Shown: positions 13,976 through 26,175 of the stretch, piece after piece
Layout of the letters: each line of letters starts with the position of its first letter
Position numbering within the stretch: position 1 is the stretch's first letter
Source: Paramecium tetraurelia
Lineage: Eukaryota
NCBI GenBank assembly: GCA_000165425.1
Contig: CT868430.1
Span: 124,001-188,000 of the forward strand
Reading direction: 5' to 3'
Length of the DNA: 64,000 bases
Translations under genes and position numbers: made by a program
The notes under the pieces: generated by a model
Told to the model about the DNA's origin: nothing
The model's database searches: none
What the model saw: the letters and a program-made list of their open reading frames with translations, nothing else

Positions 13976-14192
13976 GTATTGATATTTTCAAACGTGCATA
14001 ATTATTTAAGGTCCTTTGCAAAATAAATGCTAATCAATTTATTTAATATAAATTATTTTCTTAATTTTTAAGGTACGATTGTTTCCATTGAAATAGTAAT
14101 AAATGAAAAATATAGAAGTCAATCTAGATAAAATGTTCATTATGGAACATACAATAAAATTTATTTAAATAATTTATATATATTGGTTATAA

Positions 14193-15000
14193 ATGGATTA
14201 AACTAATGATCAAGAGGTTCAGAATGAGATATAGTATCCATTTTAGCCAATGTTATCAGAAGATCAATTTCACTTATTCGAAAACATTAAAGTGAAATTA
14301 ATTGGTTAAAATGGCAAGGAAATTGAGTTTGTTCCAAATTCAGGAAATTTACTTATTACAAATGAGAGATTGTGTTGGTATTGTTAACCATAAAATAATG
14401 AATAATCAACGAATGAACAAATATAAAAAGAGATATTAATAGAGAAAGCAGAAGAAAATACATCCTGTGTTTCTAATATTAATGGAAAGTCTTTTATGTT
14501 TAGTTATGAAACATTGGTCTCACATGGCGAATAAGGGGATCAGTTTATGTGTTTCTTAGGCTCTCAAGAAGAGGAAGAAATGGATTTAGAAGAAGAATAA
14601 GAAGCATTAATTGAATTAATTAAATAAGAAAACCCTGCTGAAATAGTAAATTTAGGGAAGGGTGAATATTAAGTAATTATACCTTTTGAGATAGATTTAT
14701 TTTGATCTTAGTAAATAATCATAGGAAGCAAAAAAGAAAATAAATGATATTTTTACAGAATTAGCGACTGCAAATGTAGAAATGGAAGAAGAGGGAGATG
14801 AGTTTATGGATGAAATGATTACAGCTGATAATATTGATTAAGATGGAAATATTATTGTTAAGAAGTAATAATAATAGGAGGGTGAGGAAATAGAGGATAA
14901 TGATGAAGATTATGAAGATGTAGATGATGATGAGGAAGAAGAAGAAGAAGCAGAAGATAATTAATTTGTTAATAATAATAATAATCAAAAATAAAATTGA
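14193..15000 (+). CDS. pICln-like (methylosome subunit / Voldacs PH-fold) acidic protein
   Basis: GNLLITNERLCWY, SFMFSYETLVSHG, FEIDLF, INDIFTEISDC, and a long D/E-rich tail. Intron ~14711-14724 region. TGA 14998-15000. Confidence 0.6.
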
Positions 15001-15003
15001 TTT

Positions 15004-16056
15004 TCATTTCAATATCATTTCATCAACACAGGATTCTATTCCCATTAATTATTGAACATCTTTATTGTTTACAAGTTCAAACTGTTTGAATCTAGGAACA
15101 ATAAAACTTTTGAATTTAAATTCAGTTCCCAAGTTCTATCCATCTCCTTCTTTACAAATCTTAATAGTTTTTCCTTAAAAGTAGCACTATTCAAACAACT
15201 CAACACAATTCTTGTCTGACATAATCAAATCTTCATCTATTATATAAGCCAAGATTGAAACTTGGGCTTACACTAATTGGGCGTCATTCCCTAATAATCA
15301 TTTAATTAAATTACAAGTTCCAATTTCTGCTAATACTTTATCATCATATTTTAAGTTTTGTAGTTGGATCTTGATTGCTTAACTCTTGAATAGGAATTCA
15401 GTTATACCGCCAATCAAGATAGGCTTATTAACATTAAGATCGTATGAAAAACTAATAAATGCTTTTCCCTTCTGTTCTTTAAGCCAAGGATGATTATTAG
15501 ACACAGAGAATGGAATAAATTTAGGATACAAAGCATGTTTGGACCCAGATATTATACATAATTTTATCATTTTCACAGAGTTTGTGACTTGTAAATATGC
15601 ATTCCCATTATCAATTTTTTCAACTTAAATTCCAACTTAATTCGAACTTCCTTGAACACCTATAATTGAATATGCAAAATTATCCTCATACACTGGAACA
15701 ATCAATTATTATTTAAAAGAGGTGTAATAAGCCACTTCAACTCTAGGATCAAAAATGGCTAACCATTAAACTTGTAGTGTTATTGGATCATCAATGTATT
15801 TTTTATATATTATTTTGAACCCTTTGGTATTCACTTCAGTAACATCAATTTCAAATCCATATTTTTAGCTGGCCATTGATAGTTTTGTTAAGGTGATGTA
15901 GACAACTGGTGTTTCCTAAAAGGTTTCTGAAAATGTGATCTCTTAGATTAACTTAGATTCTTCTAACGTGATGCTTTTCTCAATTTATTACTCTGCTTTC
16001 ACTCGATCATAAGCGAATGCAATTGTTAGGAGAAGAATTAAAAAACGAAAATTCAT
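15004..16056 (-). CDS. Secreted protein: signal peptide, H-type lectin-like repeats and C-terminal beta/gamma-crystallin-like domain
   Basis: MNFRFLILLLTIAFA signal. ITFSETFQETPVVYI...IDVTEVNTKGFKI...VQWLA and IGTWNDAQLVQAQVSILA (H-lectin-like). NCVELFEQCYFQGKTIKIC...KSFIVP...IESC (crystallin-like). One 24-nt intron ~15291-15314. Confidence 0.75.
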
Positions 16057-16104
16057 TTTTTTTATATAATAATTATATAATAAATTAGATAGGATTACAT
16101 TATT

Positions 16105-17776
16105 ATGTTAGCAGACCTATTTCCATTTTATAAGGAGAAGAAGGAGAATTCTTATATGTTGTTTGGAAAATAGAATAATAAAGATCATGCCGATTTGTTT
16201 ACTATGTTCAGAACTTAATTAAAAGAAAAATTCAGAAACATCATCAATCATTTTCTAAATAAGTTGCAACTAAAATAAGATGCTGAACAACTAATAAAAA
16301 ATAATCTAAGCAATTTTTATATATGGAAAAACCCAAAACAGGAAGTAGAAGTTTATTTCATAGATGAATCATTAACCTCAGAAATAAAATATAAAAATTA
16401 AATTTCAGATGATACATATAAATAATTTTATGGGATTTTGTTGAGTCTCAGTAATTTAAACATTCAAGACAACCAAGAAGAGATTGTTGCTGCCAATTTC
16501 AATAAGTAAATCGATTAATTGTATCATAAAATTGCTATAGTGATTTAAAATGAATAAAAAAAAGGAAATACAGACTAATAATTTGTAGCTTTAAAGATTT
16601 TAACTAGAAAGACTTTCATTTTAAGACCAAGCGGAGACATGTAATCAATTTATATTAAATAGAATTAAATTACCAAAAATAAGCAATGATATTTACAATT
16701 TCTATGATACTAATGTTTACATATCCACTCGAATTCCTTTTTGTAATCCTCTCCAAGGAGACCTAGATAGCACTGTGTTCAAATATACAGGACCAATTGA
16801 TTAATTAACTTATCTACCTAATGGACAAGGAGTCTTAGATTGTGAAGGAAGGTTTGAATTTAAGTGTAAGTTTGTGGATGGATTAGCAAATGGAAAAGGT
16901 AGTTTGGATATGAAATTTTAAAAACAGAAGTTTGAAGGCAATTTTTAGAATGGACTCAAACATGGAAATTCAATGACTAGTAATCCCAATTAAACCATCA
17001 CCACAGGATATTATTATAACGGTATGAAATAAGGATTGTTTGTTCTTTCTACTTAAAATGGAACCCAAAAATAGAAAATGTATTTTAAGAATGATCAAAA
17101 AGAGAAAGAGTTTGAATATAAATTTGATGAAAATACAATCTCTACAAGGTATTTAGTTAATCATAAAGATATTTCAATTAATAATCACTTTTTTTCTGGG
17201 TTGACTAGTGAGAATTGGATAAATTAAGTATTAATCGACTTCTATATGTGTCTCCTAACTGATTATTATAAAAACATTAATAAAGGATAGATCTATCTAT
17301 TTAATACGGCTGAATCGTAAGATTTATTTACAAGCCAAATCAGCTAACTAGATCAGAAAAATATTAAATTACCATTGAAGTATGAATAAATAATTAAGGG
17401 ATGCTAAAAGTATAACAAAATAATATTTATTTTGAATGCTGATTAAATACATTTTTTAGTTTTAGTATACTAAAACAAAACCTTGTATATGCTTAACTCC
17501 TATAATAATTAAAATGATAAACAAATATTATCTGTTGTAGCATCTATATTTCCTATATAACTCAATTTATAATGTGTTTAAGTTGAATAGTAGAAGAATA
17601 CCTACGACTGTTCTTTACATTCAATTTACAATGTGATGCTGTAATATAAATATTATAATGTTGATGTTGATAAGATCGATTATAGAGTATCTTTCAAGTA
17701 CATAAAAAAACTGAGATTGCATCTGAAAAATATTATAAGCAATGATTATGCCCACATAATCCTTCATCAGGATTGA
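16105..17776 (+). CDS. MORN-repeat + Ulp1/SENP (peptidase C48)-like protein
   Basis: MORN-like LPNGQGVL, FVDGLANGKG, FEGNFQNGLKHG, YYYNGMKQG, followed by ENWINQVLIDFY, IHFLVLVY, MLNS and QQKNTYDCSLH. Intron ~16640-16661. Confidence 0.78.
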
Positions 17777-17895
17777 TTATAATTTAGTAATAATAATTAA
17801 ATTATTGCAGAATAAACAATAAATTATACAAATAAAATTATCAAAAATCATTAGGGTTAGGTCTCTATTCATGGCCGGAATACCTTTTTTTAATA

Positions 17896-18585
17896 TCACC
17901 TATTATATTTTATTTAATAGAATTTACTTCTTTTTTTCAGCCTATCTTCCAAAGCATTCTTTTGGTTATCAAGATCTTTTTACATGAGTTCATCAAACTG
18001 AGCAACATGATCGTCATAATCCTACAAAATCTATTATGCCTTGTCATATTCCTTCTCTAATCTATCGTGCATAGTTAAAAAGGTTGCTAAGGAGTTTCTA
18101 ACCTGGGGTTTGTTCATATTCATATATGCTTCCATCTCTTCCACATTTGACTATTTACAATAAGATTGTTGACTTTTCTCTAACATTTGTTGCAATTAAG
18201 CATCATCACTTTTTTATATGCATTATCTAACTTATGGTTGTTCTAATAAGCTATTAATTTTATCCTTAAAATAAATCATCAATCCATCTTGTCCATTTAG
18301 TTATTCGATGATAATTAGATAACTATCAATTAAGGTTCGGATCAACTCGATATTTGGGTTATGTAATTGTGATTGTTTTGGCTCTAATGACAATAATGAT
18401 ATATAGAATTCTGGAGGTAAGACTTATTTGTTTTGATTAATTTATTAGTGTTCCTTTTTCATTTCTGTAAAATAGTTCATTGCTGCTCTGCTGTTTACTT
18501 AATTCTATTTTTATTTTGGGAAGATCAACAGTCTAGGAGATTTTTATTCAACTTATAATTTCTTTTAATTCATATAATTGTTCAT
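17896..18585 (-). CDS. Hypothetical coiled-coil protein
   Basis: Open ciliate-code frame from ATG 18585 (MNNYMNQKKLQVEQKSPRLLIFP...). The 3' end depends on a predicted 28-nt intron and is approximate. Confidence 0.6.
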
Positions 18586-18672
18586 TTATTTTTTATTTTA
18601 ATAAATACTTGTTTTTTTCATTAAAATGAGAATAATGTAGGTTTCTAATATTGTACAAGAATAAATAAAACA

Positions 18673-19560
18673 TCATTTTTTAGCCTATTATGCAGCCAAG
18701 TCTTCGTCCATTTGTTTGAGTTAAGCACCTCCTCTAAGAAGTCCTGATCTTCTGGCAGCTACAAGACCAACCTTTTGACCTGGAGGAGCATATCTGGATA
18801 AAGTGGAAGGATGTCCAATATGTTATTAATTACCACCACCCTAAGTTAATATTAATCAAAAGAAATACATGAGGATGATCTACTGGATTCATGGCAACAC
18901 CTCTGACTCTAGGCCATACCTTTCTTAGTCTTCTATATTTATGGAATTGTCTTCCTGCTTTGAGGATTGGTTTTTCAGTTCTTCCACCTCCAGAAATCAA
19001 ACCAACTGTGGCTCTGCAAAGTGAACTCAATGTTTTTCTTGTACCCGAGGGTAATCTAACTCTAGTTTATGCTCCATCGTCTGAATGACCAATAATAGTA
19101 GCATAACATCCTGTAGCTCTTCCTAAAGCACCTTTGTCTCCAGGATGCTCTTCCAAATTGCAAACAACTGTACCTTCTGGAATTGATCCAATAGGTAATA
19201 CATTTCCAGTTGCTAATTATGCTAGAAATTGATGAATACAATAGAATACCCTTAGCACCGCAATAAATGTATTATCCAGTATAAGCACCTTCAGGAGCAA
19301 TAAAGAGTTTAGTTTGTTTTTTGTATTTGTAAGGATCATTAAATTCAACTTTGGCCAATGGAGCTCCTCTTCCTGGATCATGAATAATCTCAGAGATCAC
19401 ACCTCTCACATAACCATGTCTCTCAGCATAATCAAGATGTCTATATTAGGGACTTCCAACTCTTTGATTTTAATGTGCTTTGAAGACACTGTTGGATTTA
19501 CCCTTTCTTTGTGCTAGTAGGATATAAAAGGAGATGCTTACTTCGAATTCTCTTGCCCAT
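18673..19560 (-). CDS. RPL8: 60S ribosomal protein L8 (uL2)
   Basis: [50 protein letters not shown]. Three tiny introns. Confidence 0.97.
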
Positions 19561-19659
19561 ATTTAAAAATATATTTTTAAACTTTAATATTTATTATCAA
19601 TCATTTGGCCATTCTTAGTTTGCACCAATAACGCTTATATTTTTTATTATGCAATTCAG

Positions 19660-20440
19660 TCATAGTTTGAAGAAACCTCTCTCTTCTTTAACTGTTGTAT
19701 TCCATTAAATCAAGATCCTTAGCATGTTTCTAATTTATTTCTTAGATTGATTCCACTCTGGTTTCTGTATCCTTGGTTTCCATAGCCTTTAATAGTTCAG
19801 TGGCTAAATTCTAGCTTTTCTATTTTCCTTTTTCAAAACTAGGAATAAATTAAGCCTTTTCATTAAATTTATCGTATTTTGTGATCATTCTTTCAATTTT
19901 GGCTTCCTAAAACATTAGGTAATTGATCTTCCTCGTTTTGACTTCCTCGTCCTTAGGCTTGTAGACTTATCAAATACAAATATATTACACGTATTTCCAG
20001 ACATTGAGGGATTCTAACTATCCCAAAATCCATCGCTATACTTAGTCTTTAAGTGTTAGACCTATCTAAAATCTAGGGACGGCAGAGAATGATGTGACCT
20101 AAACTATGAATTTCCATAATTGTAAATCTTCTAACTAACTTTCTCGACTTCTTTCTATATAAATTTTGGCTAGTTGTTAAATCTCTGGTTTAGAAACACT
20201 TTAATTTTCTCTGGAGAATTCAATCTCTGTTCCAGAAGCTCAATATACCCTCCAAATTATTCCTTGCCAATATTTTATCTCTTCAACAGATCACTTGAAC
20301 CATCTATTCTATACTAATTATTGTAATACACCTTGCTGAGGTTCCAACTTGAGAATCTTTTAGTTCTTCTTCAAAATCTCCCTTAATTACTCTTACAATT
20401 CAACTCCCCTTTTAGTTACTGTGATTCTCTGACAAGACAT
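19660..20440 (-). CDS. Hypothetical protein
   Basis: ATG 20440 MSCQRITVTKRGVELQEQLREIL. Two tiny introns and possible indels make the 3' boundary approximate. Confidence 0.5.
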
Positions 20441-20459
20441 ATATAATTTAATTAAATAA

Positions 20460-23033
20460 ATGTTTTCCAAATTTAAGAACAAGGAACACTAACATAATTT
20501 ACAATCTAATCCAACCACTCCCCCTAAACAGGTAATGTCATCGAATTCTTAATAAAACCAACTTGTTCCTTCATTAATAACTCCCAAAGAATCCATGTTT
20601 AAAGGAAGTCTGAAAGTCAAAACCACATTGTAAACTCCTCCATAATAATAATCAAACCCACAATATATAACTCAGGACACATAAAAGAAAGCTAGCTCCC
20701 CTCCTGTTTCCATTATTGATTCAGCTCATAATCAGTAAAGTCAAATTATGGAATTCCCCTTGGATTAGCATAATGTAGACTAAAATGTAGAAATCAAAAT
20801 TGATGTTGCACAAGTTAAGAAAGCTACCTCTGGTTTTAGTTTTCTTTAAAAGGCTAAATAGGAAACATCCTAATCAACAGATGAATCAACCTAAGATCAA
20901 AATGAAAGTTTTATAGTATGTGGAATGAATAGTCAACAAAATTCTACATAAATATATCCTCAGGATTAAATTGTCTTTTCTTTTCAAAATAATGAAATGA
21001 CCAACTAATAAGCAAGCGAAGGCTATTAATAATCATAAGTCAACACTAACCATTCCACCCTCGAGTAGAAGGATGTACAATAAATCACTGATGCTTAAAA
21101 TTACAAAAACTTAATTTAAAATATGCACACTCAAATCGATGGCTCCCACCTTGAACAATATTCAACTTTAATAAAGTAGTTACACTGTTTTTAATAGGAA
21201 AAGGACTAAAGGAAGTGTGAAATATTTTTACAACAGTAAAAAATAGAATCCTTGATATGTAATATTATTTAATAAATTTTAGCTTTGAACCATTAATAAT
21301 TAAACAATTTTCAGAATCAACTAAATTAAATATTTGTTGAGTAATAGACATTTGCTTCACCTGAATAAGTTGAAATTTCCTTATAAGAGTAATATGTTTA
21401 AATTTAAAATACAATTTAAAAAATAGAAGAGGAAATTAAAATTTATGAATTTGAATTTAACAATTTCTAAAATGAAAAGCTAAAAATCAAATCAGAAGAA
21501 TTAAAATACTATAACATTACCGATTAAAAATTGGATGAAATTGAAAACTTTCATTTGAAATATATCGATTAATACTAATAAGAAGGTTCATCTTAAATTA
21601 AAAGATTATTGCAAATTCTTGATGAGGAGAATGAAAGGCTCAAAATTTAATAGATTCACATAGACATTGATTATAAGCATTTAGATGAAGAAGAATAACA
21701 TTTAAATTAAATAATGGATAATCAAACTAAAGATTATAGGGTATCTTAGGATCTTCTATTGCAAAAGAAATTAAGTTTAAACTCTGAAATAACATAACTG
21801 TAATTGATGTTGAGTTAAAAGATCTTAGACTTGTAGCTCACAGATTAAGAATTAATTTAAACAAAAGATAAGATATAATAAGTTTAATAGAAATTTAATC
21901 AACAATTAGGAAAAGTTTAGAATAAAAGAACAAAATTACTTGATGAATTAAAAGGGTTAAGTGTAGAAAAACTATCAATTGAAAACTTAGAAAATGAATG
22001 TATCAAAAGATAATTAGATTACAAAAATAAACTTTAGGATTTATAAGATTCTTTGAATATCATCAAAGAAAAAAGATCTAATCTTTTAGAGAATACTAAC
22101 TTGATACCAGTTTAATGTTAAGAAGAAATAAAAATATTTCATAAGTATTAAGTATAAAAGTAAGTCAGTTTCAGCCTATTATAAGAGTTATAATAGGTTT
22201 AAAGATAAATTGATGGATTAAAATACCAAAGAAACATTAGTTAGTAATAATTGCATGAAATTTTAAATTAAAAAAGTGAACTTCAAATTAAGCTACCGAA
22301 AATGATTGATTGTAAAGCACAATTTGTTTAAAATAAAAATTTTAAAGGTGCTGCACAGATCAATGAACAAATAAAGGAAGTATAAAAGTAAATAATTCTC
22401 TTTGAAAATAATATTTCTCAAAATTAATAAAAAGAATCATAGCTCCTCCAATAAATAGATGATATTGAAGATACTTTATTACTTAAATAATAGTAGTTCA
22501 AGTAATTGAATTAGGTTACTGAAATTCTAAGATATTAATTTTAAGAATTAAAGTTGAAATAAATTTAATAATTAGGATTCTAAGGACTGTCTTCTTTAAT
22601 TTAAGAGGTATAATAAATACTTATATTTTAGATAAGTAGTGAATTAAAATTATTATAACAAAAGAATGAGGATATGCTTAATTCAAATAAAAAATTTTCT
22701 TAAGACATTCCAATAGATATAACTGGAGAGGAATAATTAGGATAGAATAATTAAAGAATCGATAAGGATAGTATTCATAAATAGTAGTTGCTCAATTAAG
22801 AAAATGATTATCCTGAGATACAATAATAAATCTAGTAATTAAAAGAAAAAGTAATTAAATATGCAAAAGTAAAAATAAAAACCATAATTTAGGAAGATCA
22901 ATTTTAATTGGCCCATCAAATATAATAATAATTAAATGAGTTTTAAAATGAAGCTTTAAGGTTGGATTGTGGGGTAAAAAGAAAATTGGAAATTGATTCA
23001 CAAGAGAGGTTAATTTATTGAGTTCATAGTTGA
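20460..23033 (+). CDS. Q-rich coiled-coil protein with a UVR-like motif
   Basis: ATG 20460 MFSKFKNKEH. Low-complexity N-terminus, long coiled coil, KAQFVQNKNFKGAAQINEQIKEV (UvrB/C-like). Several tiny introns. Confidence 0.7.
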
Positions 23034-23170
23034 ATTATTAAACTTAATGTATGTACGTTATAAATTCACTATTTCATATTATTTATAAAAGATCAATGTT
23101 TTCTGTAGATAGATAAAAAAAACTTATTTTGGAAAGATGCTGAAAATTAACTATTTAATGTTATTGATAT

Positions 23171-25335
23171 TCAAATTAAATCATACACATCTACTTTATT
23201 GTTTGCGTTATTGCTATTATTCGAAACAGGTTCATCAAAATTTAATAGATCAAAATCTTATTTTTGTTATTGTGATTGTTATTGTTATTGCTATTATTAT
23301 TATTATTGTTATTATTAATTTTAATCATTTTTTTTAATTTCTTAATCTTTCTATGGTGCTTCTTATTTTTCATCAGCCTTATATATTTTTGCTTCTTGTT
23401 GATGACTTAAATAAGATATATTTATACTTATTTCTAACTTTGATATTTTTGTACAGTTAATTTGGCAATTTGTGAAATAGATTGCTAATACTTCCCATAT
23501 TTTCTAAGGCAATAATTAAATCCTTAGTCTCCCACAAACGTATATCCTTTTAAAATTGAGAAGAACCTATAGGAGCAGAGCAAACTAAATTCTTGACTAC
23601 TTCTGGATCAGTAGACAAAAGTCTCCAATAAATATATGTTCTATCTCTGACATCAGGATTGAAAGAATCCTTAGCAGAATTGATAAGCTATTAAATGAGT
23701 GCTGAACATTATGAAGGATATTTAATGTAGAGTTTAACTCCTGATGTCAACAGTTATAGCTAAACCAATCGATCTTCAATTAAGAAATTATCAATGTATT
23801 CTTTCATCTTTTCAACAGATTTTGGAATGAATTCTGCAAACTCTCCAACAATCCAAGCACATGCACTCTAGAGATTAAGATGACAAATAAAGATACTTTC
23901 GCTTCTGCTTCATTCGCATATTCAAGGATGTTAAACAGTATTTTAAGACTATCATTAGTCTTATATAGATTTCGATTTTTTCTGTAGAGAATCTGCATTT
24001 GAATGAATAATTCTTGAACAGGTTCAGTGGCCTATTAGACATTTTTTGCAAATTCTACTAAGATTGAAACAGCTCTAAGTTATTAAATAATTATTACTCA
24101 TTAAGTGCTTTATCATACATCATGCCAATTTTACCAATTGATTTAATGGTTTTTCTGACAAAGTGAGGATCAGCTTCATTAATATAAATCGTTAATTCGT
24201 TCAGGACTTAAGTGAAATTTTTTGAATCACAAATTCTAACCATAATGTCTAACTTTTCATATTTAATGTAATATGGTTCATTGAATGAACAGAAAAAGAC
24301 TTTGACTTCGTTTTCAAATAGAATAGGGAACTTTTATAGTATCAACGATATATTTCTTAGAATGGTATACTAAATCTCAGATTGATTCCAAGAAAGCAAT
24401 GAAATAAGGGAAGGAGAGATCTTTTTACAAAGATTCTTGACTAGATCTCCATTATCAAGATAATCTAAATATTTAAGGATGAGTTTGACTGCACAAAAGG
24501 TTACAGTAGGGTTGATATGACTCAATCTTGGCAATGTTCTTTCAATAATAATTTCGGCTTATTTTGAATCAGCAGGATCATAAGTAGCCAAATAATCAAG
24601 AATGAAGATCTATCCCCATTCCATACACTCGTCAACAGCCAATAGCAGTTTTTGAATAATTTTTGGATTCATTAGAATTAATTGTTTTCCATTAACTACT
24701 TCAATTTCTCTCATGGACTAAATTAAATTTGCCAAAACCAAGGCATTTGATTCCTTTTCCAATAGTTTCTGCAATTACTCCAGTACAGGTGGACATAATT
24801 CAGGTGATACTTCAAATACCTAATAAAAATGAATGAAAATTACTTTGGGAACACATAAGACAGCTGTTTTGCGTACATAAGGATCATCATCTGAAATACA
24901 ATCTTTAAGTGGCTCAATCAAATATTCATTCAATTTGGGAACTCTCAAACAACCAAATGTTCGTATTGCCAAAGCTCTCACCAATGGATTTTCTGATTTG
25001 CGAACATCTTTCCTAAAATTTTAGATCACCATTATGGCATCATCTGGTTTTTAACGAGAATAATTCACTATATACAAGTAAATCTACAATTAATGGACAA
25101 TATTATTACCAACTTTTTCATCTCTATGTCTTAAAACTCAAGACACTTGATTACCGATTAAAATAATTGTGACACGTCTTTTCCAACTGTCATGTATGCA
25201 ATAACCTTCTTTACAGCCTTAAAAGGACATTTATTAATGTAATACTTCTTTCTTTTTCTCAAAATTTAAGTCATTCAAATCAGCATACAACTCTTATAAT
25301 TCACCACGCTATTGATTATTTCCAAAATAAGCCAT
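23171..25335 (-). CDS. AP-1/AP-2-type beta-adaptin (trunk plus short hinge, no appendage domain)
   Basis: [80 protein letters not shown]. Ends [10 protein letters not shown]...VYDLI-TGA. Confidence 0.93.
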
Positions 25336-25356
25336 ATAAAATTTAAAATATAAAAT

Positions 25357-26175
25357 TCATAAATAATTCAATGATTTTATTCCTTCTAACCCTCCTTTCT
25401 TTATACTGTAGTATTTCTTGTTTTCCTCAGGTTCATTTTCCGACGGATTGATTCTGATCAAGATAGAATTTTCAATCTCCGATAAGATCCCTTCTCCCTT
25501 TATTCTAATACTTGGAATAGCAGTCCCTGCTCCAATTTCAATCACACAAACTTTGCTATTCCTGTGTTTATTCATAAATTCCTCGAAGTTTTCGCATTAT
25601 TTAGTATAAATAGTAGAAATCCAATCCCAATCATAAAACATTAATATATTAGGTCTTAAAATATGATTGAATTCACATCTGGGTAAAGGATCTACAGCTT
25701 CAAACTTTTAAAAATCAATTTTTAATTTTGGAAATTTATTTGCCAAATATAACTTAGAACATTTAGTACATTAAAAAGTATGAATTGAACCATGAATTTC
25801 ATAGACTTTCTTCTAGTCAAAACCTGCCTTCTAAAATTAACCGTCAACGTTGCTGGTGATAATAAAATAATCTTTTTATTCACACCACTTCTTAATTATT
25901 TAGAAACCTTCGTGTGGTATTGTATTGGTATACAATTCCAATCTATGTCCATAAAAACCCCAAAATAAATGTGGGTTCTACTTCAAGAATTCAGGATTTG
26001 CGCAATCTTGGAATCCATATTTATTTTAAAAAGGTCTGTACACTTTCCAAAATCCCTAATCTCCTCTATAATCTGGTAAACCTGAATCAATTCCCATACC
26101 AGCCCCTGCTGTAATTATCAATGCATCGCATTCTTTTAAGAACTTTTACATTTAAATGTGTTCTTAACCTATCAT
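25357..26175 (-). CDS. Sir2-family NAD-dependent deacylase (sirtuin)
   Basis: LIITAGAGMGIDSGLPDYRGDQGFW, FWGFYGHRL, ITSNVDGQFQKAGF, EIHGS, RPNILMF, VIEIGAGTAIPSIR. Start codon uncertain. Confidence 0.92.

Noticed and set aside
17851..17861. TTAGGGTTAGG telomere-like motif
   Set aside because: It is under two units, internal, and not the Paramecium TT(T/G)GGG repeat.
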